Shown here: positions 1 through 10,900 of the stretch, in pieces
How the letters are laid out: every line of letters starts with the position of its first letter
Position numbering within the stretch: position 1 is the stretch's first letter
Assembly (NCBI GenBank): GCA_963667785.2
Contig: CAXXMU010000006.1
Location: 416,001 to 480,000, forward strand
DNA from: Alphaproteobacteria bacterium
GTDB lineage: Bacteria > Pseudomonadota > Alphaproteobacteria > UBA828
Length of the DNA: 64,000 nucleotides
Direction: 5' to 3'
Translations under genes and position numbers: made by a program
The notes under the pieces: generated by a model
Seen by the model: the letters and a program-made list of their open reading frames with translations, nothing else
What the model was told of the DNA's origin: nothing
The model's database searches: none

Positions 1-1
1 C

Positions 2-355
2 GTGGCCGAGAGCGACGCGGCGGCGCGCGAGGAGAGCGCGGTCGGCATCGTCCGCCACCTCGAAGCCTTCCTCGGCAAGAAGACCGCGGGCTATCTCGGG
101 CACGTCTCGGAGAAGGAGGGAGCGGCAGCGTTCGACTATGACTCGCTGCTGGAGACCACCCTCATCCACGGCTCGCCCGAGACCGTGATCGCCCGCATCC
201 GCGCGCTCCGTGCCGCGACCGGCCTCGATTCCCTGCTGCTCCACTACCCGCCCTATTACGGCGTGGATAACCTGTTGAAGAGCCTGCGTTTGTTTGCCGA
301 GGAGGTCATCCCGGCCTTCCGCACGCCCGCCGGCAGCACCGAGGCGGCCGAGTAG
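2..355 (+). CDS. LLM-class (luciferase-like) flavin-dependent oxidoreductase, C-terminal part (5' truncated by window edge)
   Basis: C-terminal LLM signature IHGSPETVIARIRAL...SLRLFAEEVIPAF. Confidence 0.75.
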   Translation: MAESDAAAREESAVGIVRHLEAFLGKKTAGYLGHVSEKEGAAAFDYDSLLETTLIHGSPETVIARIRALRAATGLDSLLLHYPPYYGVDNLLKSLRLFAEEVIPAFRTPAGSTEAAE

Positions 356-379
356 CGCATTTTGGGCGGATGCGGGCGC

Positions 380-429
380 GATTCCGGCCCTCAGCATGCA
401 GATTCGGCTTAGATCAGACGCCGTGATTC
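380..429. promoter_or_regulatory. Cluster of three GANTC (CcrM-type) sites upstream of a small Zn-ribbon gene
   Basis: GATTC at 380, 401 and 425 in a ~130 bp lower-GC intergenic region. Confidence 0.4.
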
Positions 430-488
430 GATACAATGGCGCTGACGAACCCTCTCCGACAACCTCGCCAGGGAACTTACGCTAAACG

Positions 489-707
489 ATGACGATGTCG
501 CTCGCGCCTCAAAGACGGACCAAGTGGGATGCGCGGCGTGAAGCCGCCAGGAATGTGGACCGCGGACCGGGGATGATCTCGCTCTCTGACGAGCTCGCCG
601 AACTGGACCGGCTGGAAGCTCAGGAGAGCCAGCGCCGCTGCCTGCGTTGTGGCCGCCTCTTCGACAGCGCGGGGCCGGGCAACCGGCTCTGCGGTTCATG
701 CCGCTAG
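489..707 (+). CDS. Small CxxC...CxxC zinc-ribbon hypothetical protein
   Basis: 72 aa ORF ending RRCLRCGRLFDSAGPGNRLCGSCR; stops 14 bp before the next gene. Confidence 0.65.
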   Translation: MTMSLAPQRRTKWDARREAARNVDRGPGMISLSDELAELDRLEAQESQRRCLRCGRLFDSAGPGNRLCGSCR

Positions 708-720
708 TGCCGTCTCCCTG

Positions 721-2079
721 ATGGCCGACGAGGGCGCGCCCTTCCGCCATCCCATAGACTGGCGAAACCCCGACTTCTACGACAGCGGATCTCTCGAGCG
801 GGAGACGCGCCGGGTCTTCGACATCTGCCACGGCTGCCGGCGCTGCTTCAATCTCTGCGATTCCTTCCCCCGCCTGTTCGATCTGGTCGACGAATCCGAG
901 ACGGGCGAACTCGATTCCGTCGATTCGTCCGGCTTCAAGGCGGTTGCGGACGCCTGCACGCTCTGCGACATGTGCTTCATGACCATGTGCCCCTACACGC
1001 CGCCGCACGAGTGGAACGTCGATTTCCCGCATCTCATGCTGCGCCATCGCGCCGCCGACCGCCGCGCGGGCCGGCGCCACACCAGAGCGTCCCGGCAGCT
1101 CTCGGAAACCGATCGCAACGGCAGGCTCGGCCGCGCGCTGGCGCCGCTGATGAACTGGGGCTCGGACCGGGGCAACCGCCTCACGCGGGCGCTGATGGAG
1201 GCAGTCGCGGGCGTCCACCGCGAGGCGCCGCTGCCGCGCTACCACCGCCGCACCATGCTCGACCGCGCGCGCAGGGCGCCGCGGGCAGTCAATCGGCAGG
1301 CACCGGCCTTCGGGCGCAAGGCGGTGATCTACGCGACCTGCTTCGGCAACTACAATCAGCCGGAGGTGGGCGCCGCGGCGCGCGCCGTGCTGGCGCGGAA
1401 CGGCGTCGAGACCGCCGTCGTCTATCCCCGCTGCTGCGGCATGCCGCAGCTCGAGGAAGGCAATATCGAGAGGGTCGCCGAGGGCGCCCGGCAGACGGCG
1501 CAGGCGCTCGGCGAATGGATCGACCGGGGCTACGACGTCATCGCCCTGGTGGCGAGCTGTGCGCTCATGCTCAAGCTCGAATGGCCGCTCATCCTGCCGG
1601 AGGATCCGGCGGTGGAGAGGCTGTCCAAGCACAGCCACGACATCTGCGAGTATGTCGTCTCCATCGCCCGCTCGGACGGGCTGGCACCGGGGCTCGCGCC
1701 GCTCGACGGTGCCGTCACGCTCCATCTGCCTTGCCACGAGCGGGCCCAGAACATCGGCCGCAAGTCCGCCGACATGCTGGCGCTGGTGCCGGAGACCGAG
1801 GTCTCGATCATCGAGCGCTGCTCGGGCCATGGCGGCTCGATCGGAGTCACTAAGGGCTTCCACGAGACCGCGCTCAAGGTCGGCCGGGCCACCGCGCGCC
1901 GGGCACGCGAGGCCGCCAATCCCTACCTCGCCTCGGAATGTCCGCTCGCCGGCGCCCATATCGTGAACGGTATCTCCCGCCAGGCGGCCAAGGACGGCGA
2001 TCCCGCAGCCGGTGCGCCCGCCGCCGGACGCGCCCACCACCCGATCGAGCTGCTGGCGCGCGCGTACGGGCTGGCCTGA
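721..2079 (+). CDS. GlpC/HdrD-like Fe-S oxidoreductase (rubrerythrin-associated RFO type)
   Basis: CHGCRRCFNLC and CTLCDMCFMTMCP 4Fe-4S motifs, CCG domains (RCCGMP, RCSGHGG), N-terminal RHPIDW; followed by DUF3501. Confidence 0.85.
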   Translation: MADEGAPFRHPIDWRNPDFYDSGSLERETRRVFDICHGCRRCFNLCDSFPRLFDLVDESETGELDSVDSSGFKAVADACTLCDMCFMTMCPYTPPHEWNVDFPHLMLRHRAADRRAGRRHTRASRQLSETDRNGRLGRALAPLMNWGSDRGNRLTRALMEAVAGVHREAPLPRYHRRTMLDRARRAPRAVNRQAPAFGRKAVIYATCFGNYNQPEVGAAARAVLARNGVETAVVYPRCCGMPQLEEGNIERVAEGARQTAQALGEWIDRGYDVIALVASCALMLKLEWPLILPEDPAVERLSKHSHDICEYVVSIARSDGLAPGLAPLDGAVTLHLPCHERAQNIGRKSADMLALVPETEVSIIERCSGHGGSIGVTKGFHETALKVGRATARRAREAANPYLASECPLAGAHIVNGISRQAAKDGDPAAGAPAAGRAHHPIELLARAYGLA

Positions 2080-2080
2080 G

Positions 2081-2692
2081 ATGACGAGCCCGCCGCGCCG
2101 CGCGCTGACCCGCGACGACATCATGGACATGGCGGACTATGCCAGCATCCGCGGGGAACGGCGCGCCACCATCACCGCGCTCAAGCGCCACCGCCGGCTC
2201 GCCGTCGGCCCCTTCGCCACCTTCCACTTCGAGTGCTTCGAGACCATGTGGATGCAGGTGCACGAGATGCTCCACATCGAGCGCGGCGGCGAGGAGCAGA
2301 TTGCCGGAGAGCTCGAGGCCTACAACCCGCTGATACCGCCCGGCGACGCCCTTGTCGCGACGCTCATGCTGGAGATCGACGACCCCGTACGCCGGGAGCG
2401 CGAGCTCTACCGCCTGGCGGGGATCGAGGAGTCCATCCGGATGGAGGTCGCGGGCGGCGGCACGGTCGCCGCGGTGCCCATCGAGGACGAGGTGGCGCGG
2501 ACGAGCGAGGACGGCAAGACCTCCTCGATCCACTTCCTCCGCTTCCCCTTCCCGCCCGCGGACGCCGCGCGCTTCCGCACGGCGGGAACCCGCGTCCTGC
2601 TCGGCATCGAGCACCCGGCCTACGGCCACCTCGCCGTGATGCCGGAGGAAACCCGCGCCGCGCTCGCCGACGATCTCGACGCAGGCGCCTGA
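2081..2692 (+). CDS. DUF3501 family protein
   Basis: KRHRRLAVGPFATFHFE, QVHEMLHIERGG, ELEAYNPLIP, GKTSSIHFLRF motifs. Confidence 0.85.
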   Translation: MTSPPRRALTRDDIMDMADYASIRGERRATITALKRHRRLAVGPFATFHFECFETMWMQVHEMLHIERGGEEQIAGELEAYNPLIPPGDALVATLMLEIDDPVRRERELYRLAGIEESIRMEVAGGGTVAAVPIEDEVARTSEDGKTSSIHFLRFPFPPADAARFRTAGTRVLLGIEHPAYGHLAVMPEETRAALADDLDAGA

Positions 2693-2699
2693 GGTGCCC

Positions 2700-3302
2700 T
2701 CAGGGCGCCGGCAGCACGGCGCCCCAGAGAGCGGTGCTGCGCACCCATCCCTCCTCGCCGGCGAGCGCGATGCGGCACCAGCCGTCCTCGCAGCCGAGCA
2801 GATCGGCGATGACGCCGGGCTCGGCCCTGAGCACCGCCGGCGCGTCCGCCGACGGGCGCTCGCGGACGGTCTGCTCCTCGTCCATGATGAGCACCGTGCG
2901 CTCCACCGACAGCAGCGACTTGTGCATCCAGCCCTTGGTACCCTCGTGATCGCGCACCCAGCGCCATTGGTCGAAGTGCGCGATCACCAGCAGCGGCAGG
3001 CCCTGGCGCCTGTAGACCCAGTCGATGGGATAGCGCCGCCCCGGTCCGACCCGGAGATTGGCGACCTCTGCGCGGAGCGAGACGAAGCGCTGGCCCTGGT
3101 CGTCGCTCGCCCGCGCGCCGGCGGTCTCCACGCCTGCCGCAACGATGCCCGCCAGCGCCGCGGCAAGGGCGAGCCGCCGCGCCGTGCTCAGGACGCGCGC
3201 CGGGAAGCGGACGGGCGGCCGCGGCGCCCGGGCACCGCTGCGGCGGCCCTTGCGAACGGTCATGGCGGGCATCGGATCCCGCGCGGCAGATTGAGTCGCC
3301 AT
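2700..3302 (-). CDS. Bacterial SH3-domain protein (SH3_4 type); start uncertain
   Basis: RFVSLRAEVANLRVGPG..YPIDWVY..GLPL..WR.VRD.EGTKGW, two SH3b-like repeats after a signal-like hydrophobic stretch. Confidence 0.8.
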   Translation of the reverse strand: MATQSAARDPMPAMTVRKGRRSGARAPRPPVRFPARVLSTARRLALAAALAGIVAAGVETAGARASDDQGQRFVSLRAEVANLRVGPGRRYPIDWVYRRQGLPLLVIAHFDQWRWVRDHEGTKGWMHKSLLSVERTVLIMDEEQTVRERPSADAPAVLRAEPGVIADLLGCEDGWCRIALAGEEGWVRSTALWGAVLPAP

Positions 3303-3370
3303 GGGGCGTTTGCTAAACAGGCTGCCGGTTGCGGTCGGGTCGAGCCCGCCGGGCCGCGCGCGGAGGGTCG

Positions 3371-4360
3371 ATGAGACCTGGCAGAAAGCTCAAGGTGATC
3401 GTGACGCGGCGTCTCCCCCGGGAGATCGAGGCGCGCATGATGGAGCTTTTCGACACCCGACTCAATGAGGACGATCGGCCGCTCGACCGTGAGGCCATGC
3501 AGCGCGCGGTGGCTGACGCCGACGTGCTGGTGCCGACGGTGACGGATACGATCGACGGCGCCCTGCTCGGCCACGCCGGCCCAGACCTGAAGCTGATCGC
3601 GAGTTTCGGCACCGGCGTCGATCACATCGACCTCGCAGCCGCCAGGGAGCGCAGCATCCTGGTGACCAACACGCCGGGCGTGCTGACCGAGGACACCGCC
3701 GACATGACCATGGCGCTCATCCTCGCCGTGCCGCGCCGGCTTTCCGAAGGCGAGCGGCTGCTGCGCGGCGGCGACTGGCAGGGATGGGCGCCGACCACCA
3801 TGCTGGGCCATCGCATCTGGGGCAAGCGCCTCGGCATCATCGGCATGGGGCGGATCGGCCAAGCCGTCGCCCGACGCGCGCGCGGCTTCGGCCTCTCCAT
3901 TCACTATCACAACCGGAACCGGCTGGACGAGGAGACCGAGCACGAGCTCGAGGCGACCTGGTGGCAAAGCCTGGACCAGATGCTCGCGCACATGGACTTC
4001 GTCTCCATTCACTGCCCCAGCACGCCTGCGACCTACCATCTGCTGTCGGCGCGCAGGCTCGGGCTGCTGCGCCCGCAAGCCTATGTCATCAACACCTCGC
4101 GCGGCCATGCGATCGACGAGGCGGCGCTGGTGCGGCTGCTCGATGCCGGCCGGATCGCGGGCGCGGGCCTCGACGTCTACGAGAACGAGCCCGTGGTCAC
4201 GCCGAAGCTGCTCACGCTCGACAACGTGGTGGCTCTCCCCCATATCGGCTCGGCCACGATCGAGGGGCGCCTCGACATGGGCGAGAAGGTGCTGATCAAC
4301 ATCCAGACATTCGCGGACGGGCACAACCCGCCAGACCGGGTCATCGATCCGGCCGAGTGA
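3371..4360 (+). CDS. D-glycerate dehydrogenase/glyoxylate reductase (D-2-hydroxyacid dehydrogenase)
   Basis: VTNTPGVLTEDTAD, GIIGMGRIG, INTSRG, AGLDVYENEP, LPHIGSAT; GGAGG upstream of ATG 3371. Confidence 0.9.
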   Translation: MRPGRKLKVIVTRRLPREIEARMMELFDTRLNEDDRPLDREAMQRAVADADVLVPTVTDTIDGALLGHAGPDLKLIASFGTGVDHIDLAAARERSILVTNTPGVLTEDTADMTMALILAVPRRLSEGERLLRGGDWQGWAPTTMLGHRIWGKRLGIIGMGRIGQAVARRARGFGLSIHYHNRNRLDEETEHELEATWWQSLDQMLAHMDFVSIHCPSTPATYHLLSARRLGLLRPQAYVINTSRGHAIDEAALVRLLDAGRIAGAGLDVYENEPVVTPKLLTLDNVVALPHIGSATIEGRLDMGEKVLINIQTFADGHNPPDRVIDPAE

Positions 4361-4389
4361 CGGGCGCCGGCGAACGGGAGGAGGCGACG

Positions 4390-5142
4390 ATGATGTTTGC
4401 CGAACGCGTAGCCGTCGTGACCGGCGGCGGCTCGGGCATCGGCCGGGCGACCGTCGTGGCGCTGGCTGCCGAGGGCGCGGCGGTGCTGGTCGCCGACATC
4501 GACGAGAGCGGCGGCGAGGAGGTTGCCTCAGAAGTTCGGGCGGGCGGTGGCCGGGCGGCCTTCATGCGCGTCGACGTGGCCGAGGAGGGGCAGGTCACGG
4601 CCATGGTGGAGCGTGCCATGAGCGACTTCGGCCGCCTCGACCTCGCCTACAACAACGCCGGCATCGAAGGACCGCAGGCGCTGCTGGCGGAGCAGGACAT
4701 GGCGGACGTCCAGCACGTCTTCGACGTCATGATCGAGGGCGTCTATCTCTGCATGCAGGCAGAGATCCCGGCGATGCTGGAATCGGGCGGCGGCTCGATC
4801 GTCAACGCCGGCTCGATGTGGGGGCTGGCCGCCTACCCGCGCTGGTCGCCCTACATGACCGCAAAGCACGCGGTCTCCGGCATGACGCGGGCGGCGGCGC
4901 TCGACTACGCGAAAGACGGCATCCGGGTGAACGCGGTGGCGCCGGGGCCGATCCTGACGCCGCTTCTGCTGCGCGGCTGGGACAACGACCCCGCACAGGC
5001 CTCGGGCCGGGTGCCGATGGGCCGGATCGGCCGGCCGGAGGAGGTGGCGGACGCGGTGGTCTGGCTGCTCTCGGACAAGGCGAGCTTCGTCACCGGCCAC
5101 GTGCTGCCGGTGGACGGCGGCATGCTGGCGGAAAAAGGCTGA
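4390..5142 (+). CDS. SDR family oxidoreductase
   Basis: TGGGSGIG, NNAG, YxxxK (YMTAK), VNAVAPG, LPVDGG. Confidence 0.9.
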   Translation: MMFAERVAVVTGGGSGIGRATVVALAAEGAAVLVADIDESGGEEVASEVRAGGGRAAFMRVDVAEEGQVTAMVERAMSDFGRLDLAYNNAGIEGPQALLAEQDMADVQHVFDVMIEGVYLCMQAEIPAMLESGGGSIVNAGSMWGLAAYPRWSPYMTAKHAVSGMTRAAALDYAKDGIRVNAVAPGPILTPLLLRGWDNDPAQASGRVPMGRIGRPEEVADAVVWLLSDKASFVTGHVLPVDGGMLAEKG

Positions 5143-5176
5143 ACGCGCGGCCCTGCCCTTCTCGTTCCTCTCCACC

Positions 5177-6634
5177 TCAATCCCGCCAGAAGCGGGGGAC
5201 GAACAGCACCAGCACGGTGAAGAGCTCGAGCCGGCCCAGCAGCATGGCCGCCGACAGCAGCCACTTCGCCGGCTCCGGCAGGGGCTGGAAGGTGCCCGAC
5301 GGGCCGATGGTCTCGCCGAGGCCCGGGCCGACATTGGCGATCGCCGTGGCCGCGCCGCTGATGCTCGTCACATAGTCGAGGCCCATCAGCGCGAGCCCCA
5401 TGGCGATCAGGCCGAAACTCACCATGAACAGGAAGAAGAACCCCATCACCGCCGGCGGCACGCTTTCGGGGATCGGCCGCCTGTTGAACTTGCTGAGAAA
5501 GACGCCGTGGGGCTGGATGAGCTGGCGGATCTGCACCCAGGAGGTCGAGGCGAGGACCTGGATGCGGAAGACCTTGACGCCGCCCGTGGTGGCCCCGGTA
5601 CAGCCGCCGATGAACATGAGGAGCGTGAAGACCGGGAGCGCGAAGGTGCCCCAGGCGGAGAAGTCGGCGGTGGAGTACCCGGTGCCGGTCAGTATCGAGA
5701 TGCCGTTGAAGGCCGCCTCGCGAAACGCATCGGTGGCCGCGGCATCGTTGGCCACCATCTGCCAGCCCGCGAGCGAGAGCAGGGCGAACAGCACCAGCCC
5801 GAAGAACCAGCGCACCTGCGTATCGCGCACCAGCGCCACCCAGCCGCCGCGCGCGGCCTGCAGGTAGAGCACGAAGGGCAGCGAGCCCAGCACCATGTAG
5901 ACGGTGGCGATGCCCTCGATGGCGTCGTTGCGGAAGTGACCGAGGGAATCGTCCGAGGTCGAGAAGCCACCGGTGGCGATGGTGGTCATGGCGTGGCAAA
6001 CCGCCTCGAACGGGGTCATGCCGGCAGCCCAGTAGGCGATGCCGTTGCTGATCGTGAGACCGAGATAGACCATGCCGATGGCGCCGGCGAGCTGGGCCGC
6101 ACGGGGGAGCACCTTCTCGGAGCTGTCCGACGATTCCGTGTGGAAGAGCTGCATGCCGCCGACCCGCAGCATCGGCAGGATCGCGATCGCCGTGACGATG
6201 ATGCCGATGCCGCCGAGCCACTGCAGCAGCGCACGCCAGAGAAGAATGCCGGGCGGCGCCTCGTCGAGGCCGACGATCACCGTGGAGCCGGTCGTGGTGA
6301 GCCCCGACATCGCCTCGAAATAGGCGTCGGAATAGCTCAGATTCAGGTCGGAGAACGCGAACGGCAGGGCCGCGAAGGCGGCCACCACCACCCAGCTCAC
6401 CGTGGTCAGCACGAAGGCCTGGCGCACGCTCAGCCGCGGCTCCCGCATCCTGAAGGCGAGCACCAGGCAGGTGCCGATGAAGAGAGTGAAGACGCTCGCC
6501 GCGAGAAAGACCCGCCAGTGGGGATTGGCCGTCACCCCGTCGGCGATCGCGGGCAGCACCATCGCGAGCGACAGCGTTATCAGCAGAATGCCGACGACGA
6601 AGAGAACCGGCCGGAGGTCCCTGACGGAGCCCAT
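5177..6634 (-). CDS. trkH: Trk potassium uptake membrane protein
   Basis: FEAMSGLTTTG, QWLGGIGI, TIATGGFS, GGCTGATTGGVK, NVGPG, MLLGRLE. Confidence 0.95.
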   Translation of the reverse strand: MGSVRDLRPVLFVVGILLITLSLAMVLPAIADGVTANPHWRVFLAASVFTLFIGTCLVLAFRMREPRLSVRQAFVLTTVSWVVVAAFAALPFAFSDLNLSYSDAYFEAMSGLTTTGSTVIVGLDEAPPGILLWRALLQWLGGIGIIVTAIAILPMLRVGGMQLFHTESSDSSEKVLPRAAQLAGAIGMVYLGLTISNGIAYWAAGMTPFEAVCHAMTTIATGGFSTSDDSLGHFRNDAIEGIATVYMVLGSLPFVLYLQAARGGWVALVRDTQVRWFFGLVLFALLSLAGWQMVANDAAATDAFREAAFNGISILTGTGYSTADFSAWGTFALPVFTLLMFIGGCTGATTGGVKVFRIQVLASTSWVQIRQLIQPHGVFLSKFNRRPIPESVPPAVMGFFFLFMVSFGLIAMGLALMGLDYVTSISGAATAIANVGPGLGETIGPSGTFQPLPEPAKWLLSAAMLLGRLELFTVLVLFVPRFWRD

Positions 6635-6688
6635 CGGACGGCGCGAAAGCGGTGGCGGCTGCCCGGCGAAGCCGCCGGGCCGTGCGTC

Positions 6689-7339
6689 CTAGCGGGGGAC
6701 GGACACCGCCGGGTTCCCGATCATGCTGAGAAACTCGCGGCGGGTCTTCGGGTCCGTCCGAAACGTGCCGAGCATGCGACTCGTCACCATGAGGACTCCC
6801 TCCTTGCGCACGCCTCGTGTCGTCATGCAGTGGTGGGCTGCCTCGATCACGACACCGACGCCACGCGGCTGCAGCACCGTCTCGATGGAATCGGCGATCT
6901 CGGCGGTCATCTTCTCCTGGATCTGGAGGCGCCGGGCGAACAGGTCGACCACCCGCGCGAGCTTGCTGATGCCCACCACGCGATTGTCCGGCAGGTAACC
7001 GATATGGGCGCGGCCGACGATCGGCGCCACGTGGTGCTCGCAGTGCGAGCGGAAGTCGATGTCGCGGAGCACGACCATCTCGTCATAGCCGTTGGTTTCC
7101 TCGAAGGTGCGCCGCAGGATCGCGACCGGATCCTGGCCGTATCCGCTGAAATACTCCTCAAAGGCGCGCACCACCCGCTTGGGCGTATCCAGCAGCCCCT
7201 CGCGCCGCGGGTCGTCGCCGGCCCAGCGGAGCAGCACGCGGACCGCCTGCTCGGCCTCCTCCCTCGTCGGCTGCACGCCGGCGACACGGGGCATATCGTC
7301 CTCGGCGCCGGCTGGGGGCGCGGGCTGGCTGTCGTCCAC
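6689..7339 (-). CDS. folE: GTP cyclohydrolase I
   Basis: [39 protein letters not shown]. Confidence 0.97.
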   Translation of the reverse strand: MDDSQPAPPAGAEDDMPRVAGVQPTREEAEQAVRVLLRWAGDDPRREGLLDTPKRVVRAFEEYFSGYGQDPVAILRRTFEETNGYDEMVVLRDIDFRSHCEHHVAPIVGRAHIGYLPDNRVVGISKLARVVDLFARRLQIQEKMTAEIADSIETVLQPRGVGVVIEAAHHCMTTRGVRKEGVLMVTSRMLGTFRTDPKTRREFLSMIGNPAVSVPR

Positions 7340-7450
7340 GGGCGGTCTCCCTTCTCCGGCTCCGGGCCGGCTGTTCGCTGCACCGGGGCCGCCTGCGGCG
7401 GTCCCGGCGTCGTTCGGTTGGCGGGTCAGCGTGCCGGTAGCCCGGTCGTC

Positions 7451-7843
7451 TCAGTTGAGCTGCACGGGCGCGTCGGGCGCGTCGAGCGAGAATGCGGGAA
7501 TATCCACATCGAAGCGCTCCCCGTCCAGCGTTTCCATCTCATAGGTGCCCACCATGATCCCGGTCGAGGTGTTGAGGGGGCAGCCGCTCGTATACTCGAA
7601 GGCCTCCCCGGGCCGCAGCACCGGCTGCTCGCCCACGACCCCCGGCCCGCGCACCTCCTGGATGCGGCCGCGGCCGTCCGTAATCTGCCAGTAACGGTTC
7701 AGCAATTGGACCACGTCGTGACCGTTGTTCTGAATCCGAATGTGATAGGCAAAGACGAAATGGCTGTCGTCGGGCTCGGACTGCTCATCCAGATAGAACG
7801 GCTTCACCGTTATCTCGATGGCGCGCGTCTCCTTTTGATACAT
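7451..7843 (-). CDS. apaG: ApaG protein
   Basis: FAYHIRIQN, QLLNRYWQITD, GPGVVGEQPVL, YTSGCPL, FDVDIPAFSL. Confidence 0.95.
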   Translation of the reverse strand: MYQKETRAIEITVKPFYLDEQSEPDDSHFVFAYHIRIQNNGHDVVQLLNRYWQITDGRGRIQEVRGPGVVGEQPVLRPGEAFEYTSGCPLNTSTGIMVGTYEMETLDGERFDVDIPAFSLDAPDAPVQLN

Positions 7844-7926
7844 CCTCATCCTCCGGGGCAGCCGGGCGGCACTATCGGCCCCGCGTCGGCATTTGTCCAG
7901 AAGGGCAGAAGGCCCGGCCGGGGCGA

Positions 7927-10900
7927 TCATTCTCCCGCCTCGGCCAGCAGCGATGCATTGCCGCCGGCTGCCGTCGTATCGACGCAGACGTGGCGCTCCA
8001 GCACGTAGCGCTCCGCCGCGCCCGGCTCAGAGATCAGCGGCAGGATGGGGCCCGGACGCCGGGCCAGCGCCGCGCGCATCGCCTGCAGCACGTCGCGCTC
8101 CGCGGCGCAGGCGACGGCGGCAATGCCGCCCACGGTGGCGAGATCCTGGGCCGCCACCTGCCCGTCGAGGACGATGACATGAGGATCGTGGGCCAGGGAC
8201 GAGAACGCCGCCGTGGCGCCCTCGGCAACCACCAGTGCGGCGTTGCCGGCATCGCGCGCCAGTGCAACCTGCGCCCGTGCCGCATCCGCACCGGGCCCGA
8301 GGCAGAGCACCACCCCGCGCGGCGCGAAGGAGAGGCGGTTGGATTCGCCCGTGGGACCGGGGAGGTCCAGCGGCGAGAACCGTTCGCCGCAGGCGCGCGC
8401 GGCTACGCCGGAACGCTGCGGACCAGGCCCGAGGCTGCGTCCGGCATCGGCAACGGCGACCTCGAGCAAGCCCCTGTCGATCACGGCGCCGGCCGGCCGG
8501 CCGCCCTGCGGTGCGGCAGCGGCGACGAGCCGGCGCACATAGTGGGGGCCGCCGGCCTTCGGCCCGGTCCCGCTCTCGCCCTCGCCGCCGAAGGGCTGGG
8601 AGCCCACCACGGCGCCGATCTGGTTGCGGTTGACGTAGATGTTGCCGGCGCGCACGCGGTCGACGATGTGCTGCACGCGATCGTCGATGCGGGTGTGCAC
8701 GCCGAAGGTGAGCCCGTAGCCGGCGGCGTTGACCGCGTCGATCACCGCATCGATCTCGTCCGTGCCGAAGCGGGCGACGTGCAGCACCGGGCCGAAGATC
8801 TCCTCGCCGAGCGCCTCAATCCCATCCACCCGCAGCACCGCAGGCGGCACGAACCGGCCCCCGCCGGGCGTATCCAGCCGCTTGAGCAGGCGCCCCTCTC
8901 CCTCGGCCTGCGCGCAGTGGGCCTCGATGCGGGCCTGCGCGTCGTCGTCGATGACCGGGCCGATATCGGTGGCGAGCGCCCAGGGATCGCCGATGCGAAG
9001 CTCGTCCATCGCACCGAAGAGCATCGCGAGCAGCCGCTCCTCGATGTCGCGCTGAACGTAGAGCACGCGCAGCGCCGAGCAGCGCTGGCCCGCGCTCTGG
9101 AAGGCGGAGACCACGATGTCGCGCACCGCCTGCTCGGGCAGGGCGGTGGAGTCGACGATCATCGCATTCAGCCCGCCGGTCTCGGCGATGAGCGGCGCGT
9201 GCGGCGCGAGGTGCGCGGCCATGGCGCGATTGATGAGCCGCGCAGTCCCGGTAGAGCCGGTGAAGCAGACCCCGTCGATGCGGGGGTCGGCCACCAGCGC
9301 GGCCCCCACGGTCTCGCCGTCGCCGGGGAGCAGCTGCACCGCATCCGGCGGAATGCCGGCCTCGTGCATGAGCCGCACCGCGCGGGCCGCGATCAGCGGC
9401 GTCTGCTCCGCCGGCTTGGCGACGACCGCGTTGCCGGCCGAGAGCGCGCCGAAGACCTGGCCGGAGAAGATCGCGAGCGGGAAGTTCCAGGGCGAGATGC
9501 AGGCGATGACGCCGCACGGGGTCGCGTCGGCGCCGGCGCACACGCGCTCCGCCTCGCTCGCGTAGAAGCGGGCGAAGTCGCAGGCCTCGCGCACTTCGGC
9601 CACGCAATCGGGCCAGGTCTTGCCCGCTTCGCGCGCCGCCAGCGCGAAGAGCTCCGCCGCATGGGCTTCGTAGAGATCGGCGACGCGGCAGAGCAGGCGC
9701 CCGCGCTCCCCGGCGCCCAGCGTGGCCCAGGCCGCGGCGCCGGCCCGTGCGGCCGCGAGCGCCGCCTCGATGTCGGCCGGCGCTGCCTGCACGACATGGC
9801 CCACGAGATCGTCGGGGTGCGCCGGGTTCCGCACCTCTTGACGTCCGGCCCCACGGGTCGTGCCCGCGATCAGCGGCCCCGCTTCCCAGGCGGCGGCGCG
9901 GAACGGCGCCCGCGCCCTCTCGATCGCGGCGACGGCGAGAGGATCGGTCAGGTCCCACCCCCTGGCATTGCGGCGCGCGGGCAGGAAGAGGGCGGCGGGC
10001 GCGGCGATACGCGGATTGGCGAACGCGCCGCCCTTCTCTTCGACCGCCGCGACCGGATCGCGCGCGATTTCTTCGGCCGTCACGCTCTCGTCCACGATCT
10101 GGTTCACGAACGAATTGTTGGCGCCGTTCTCCAGCAGGCGGCGGACGAGATAGGCGAGGAGGTCGTGATGGGCGCCCACCGGCGCATAGATGCGGCAGCG
10201 GACGCCGTGGCTGGCACGCACCGCCTCGTGCAGGGCCTCTCCCATTCCGTGCAGGCGCTGGAACTCGAAGCCCGACAGGTCGTCCGCCATGTGCAGCACC
10301 GCAGCCATGGTGTGCGCGTTGTGCGTGGCGAACTGGGGATAGAGGCGGTCCGTCATCGACAGAAGCCGGCGCGCGCACGCGAGATAGGAGACGTCGGTGC
10401 CCGCCTTGCGGGTGAAGACGGGGAAGCCGTCGAGCCCCAGCACCTGGGCGTGCTTGATCTCGCTGTCCCAGTAGGCGCCCTTGACCAGACGGACCATGAT
10501 GCGGCGCCCGTGCCGGCCGGCGAGCGCGCCGATCCAGTCGATGAGGTGCGTGGCCCGCTTGCCGTAGGCCTGCACGACGACGCCGAAGCCGTCCCAGCCG
10601 TCGAGCGCGGGCTCGCCGATGACCGCTTCCATGACGTCGAGGGAGAGGTCGAGCCGGTCGGCCTCCTCCGCGTCCACGTTGAGGCCGATACCGGCGGAGC
10701 GGGCGAGCAATGCCAGCGCGCGAATCCGCGCGACGAGCTCGGTCATCACGCGGTCGCGCTGGCCGAACTCGTAGCGGGGGTGCAGCGCGGACAGCTTGAC
10801 CGAGACGCCCGGCCGGTCGCGGATGCCCTTCCCCATTCCTGTCGCGGCGAGCGCGGTGATCGAGTCCGAGTAGGCGAGGTGATAGCGCCGCGCGTCCGCC

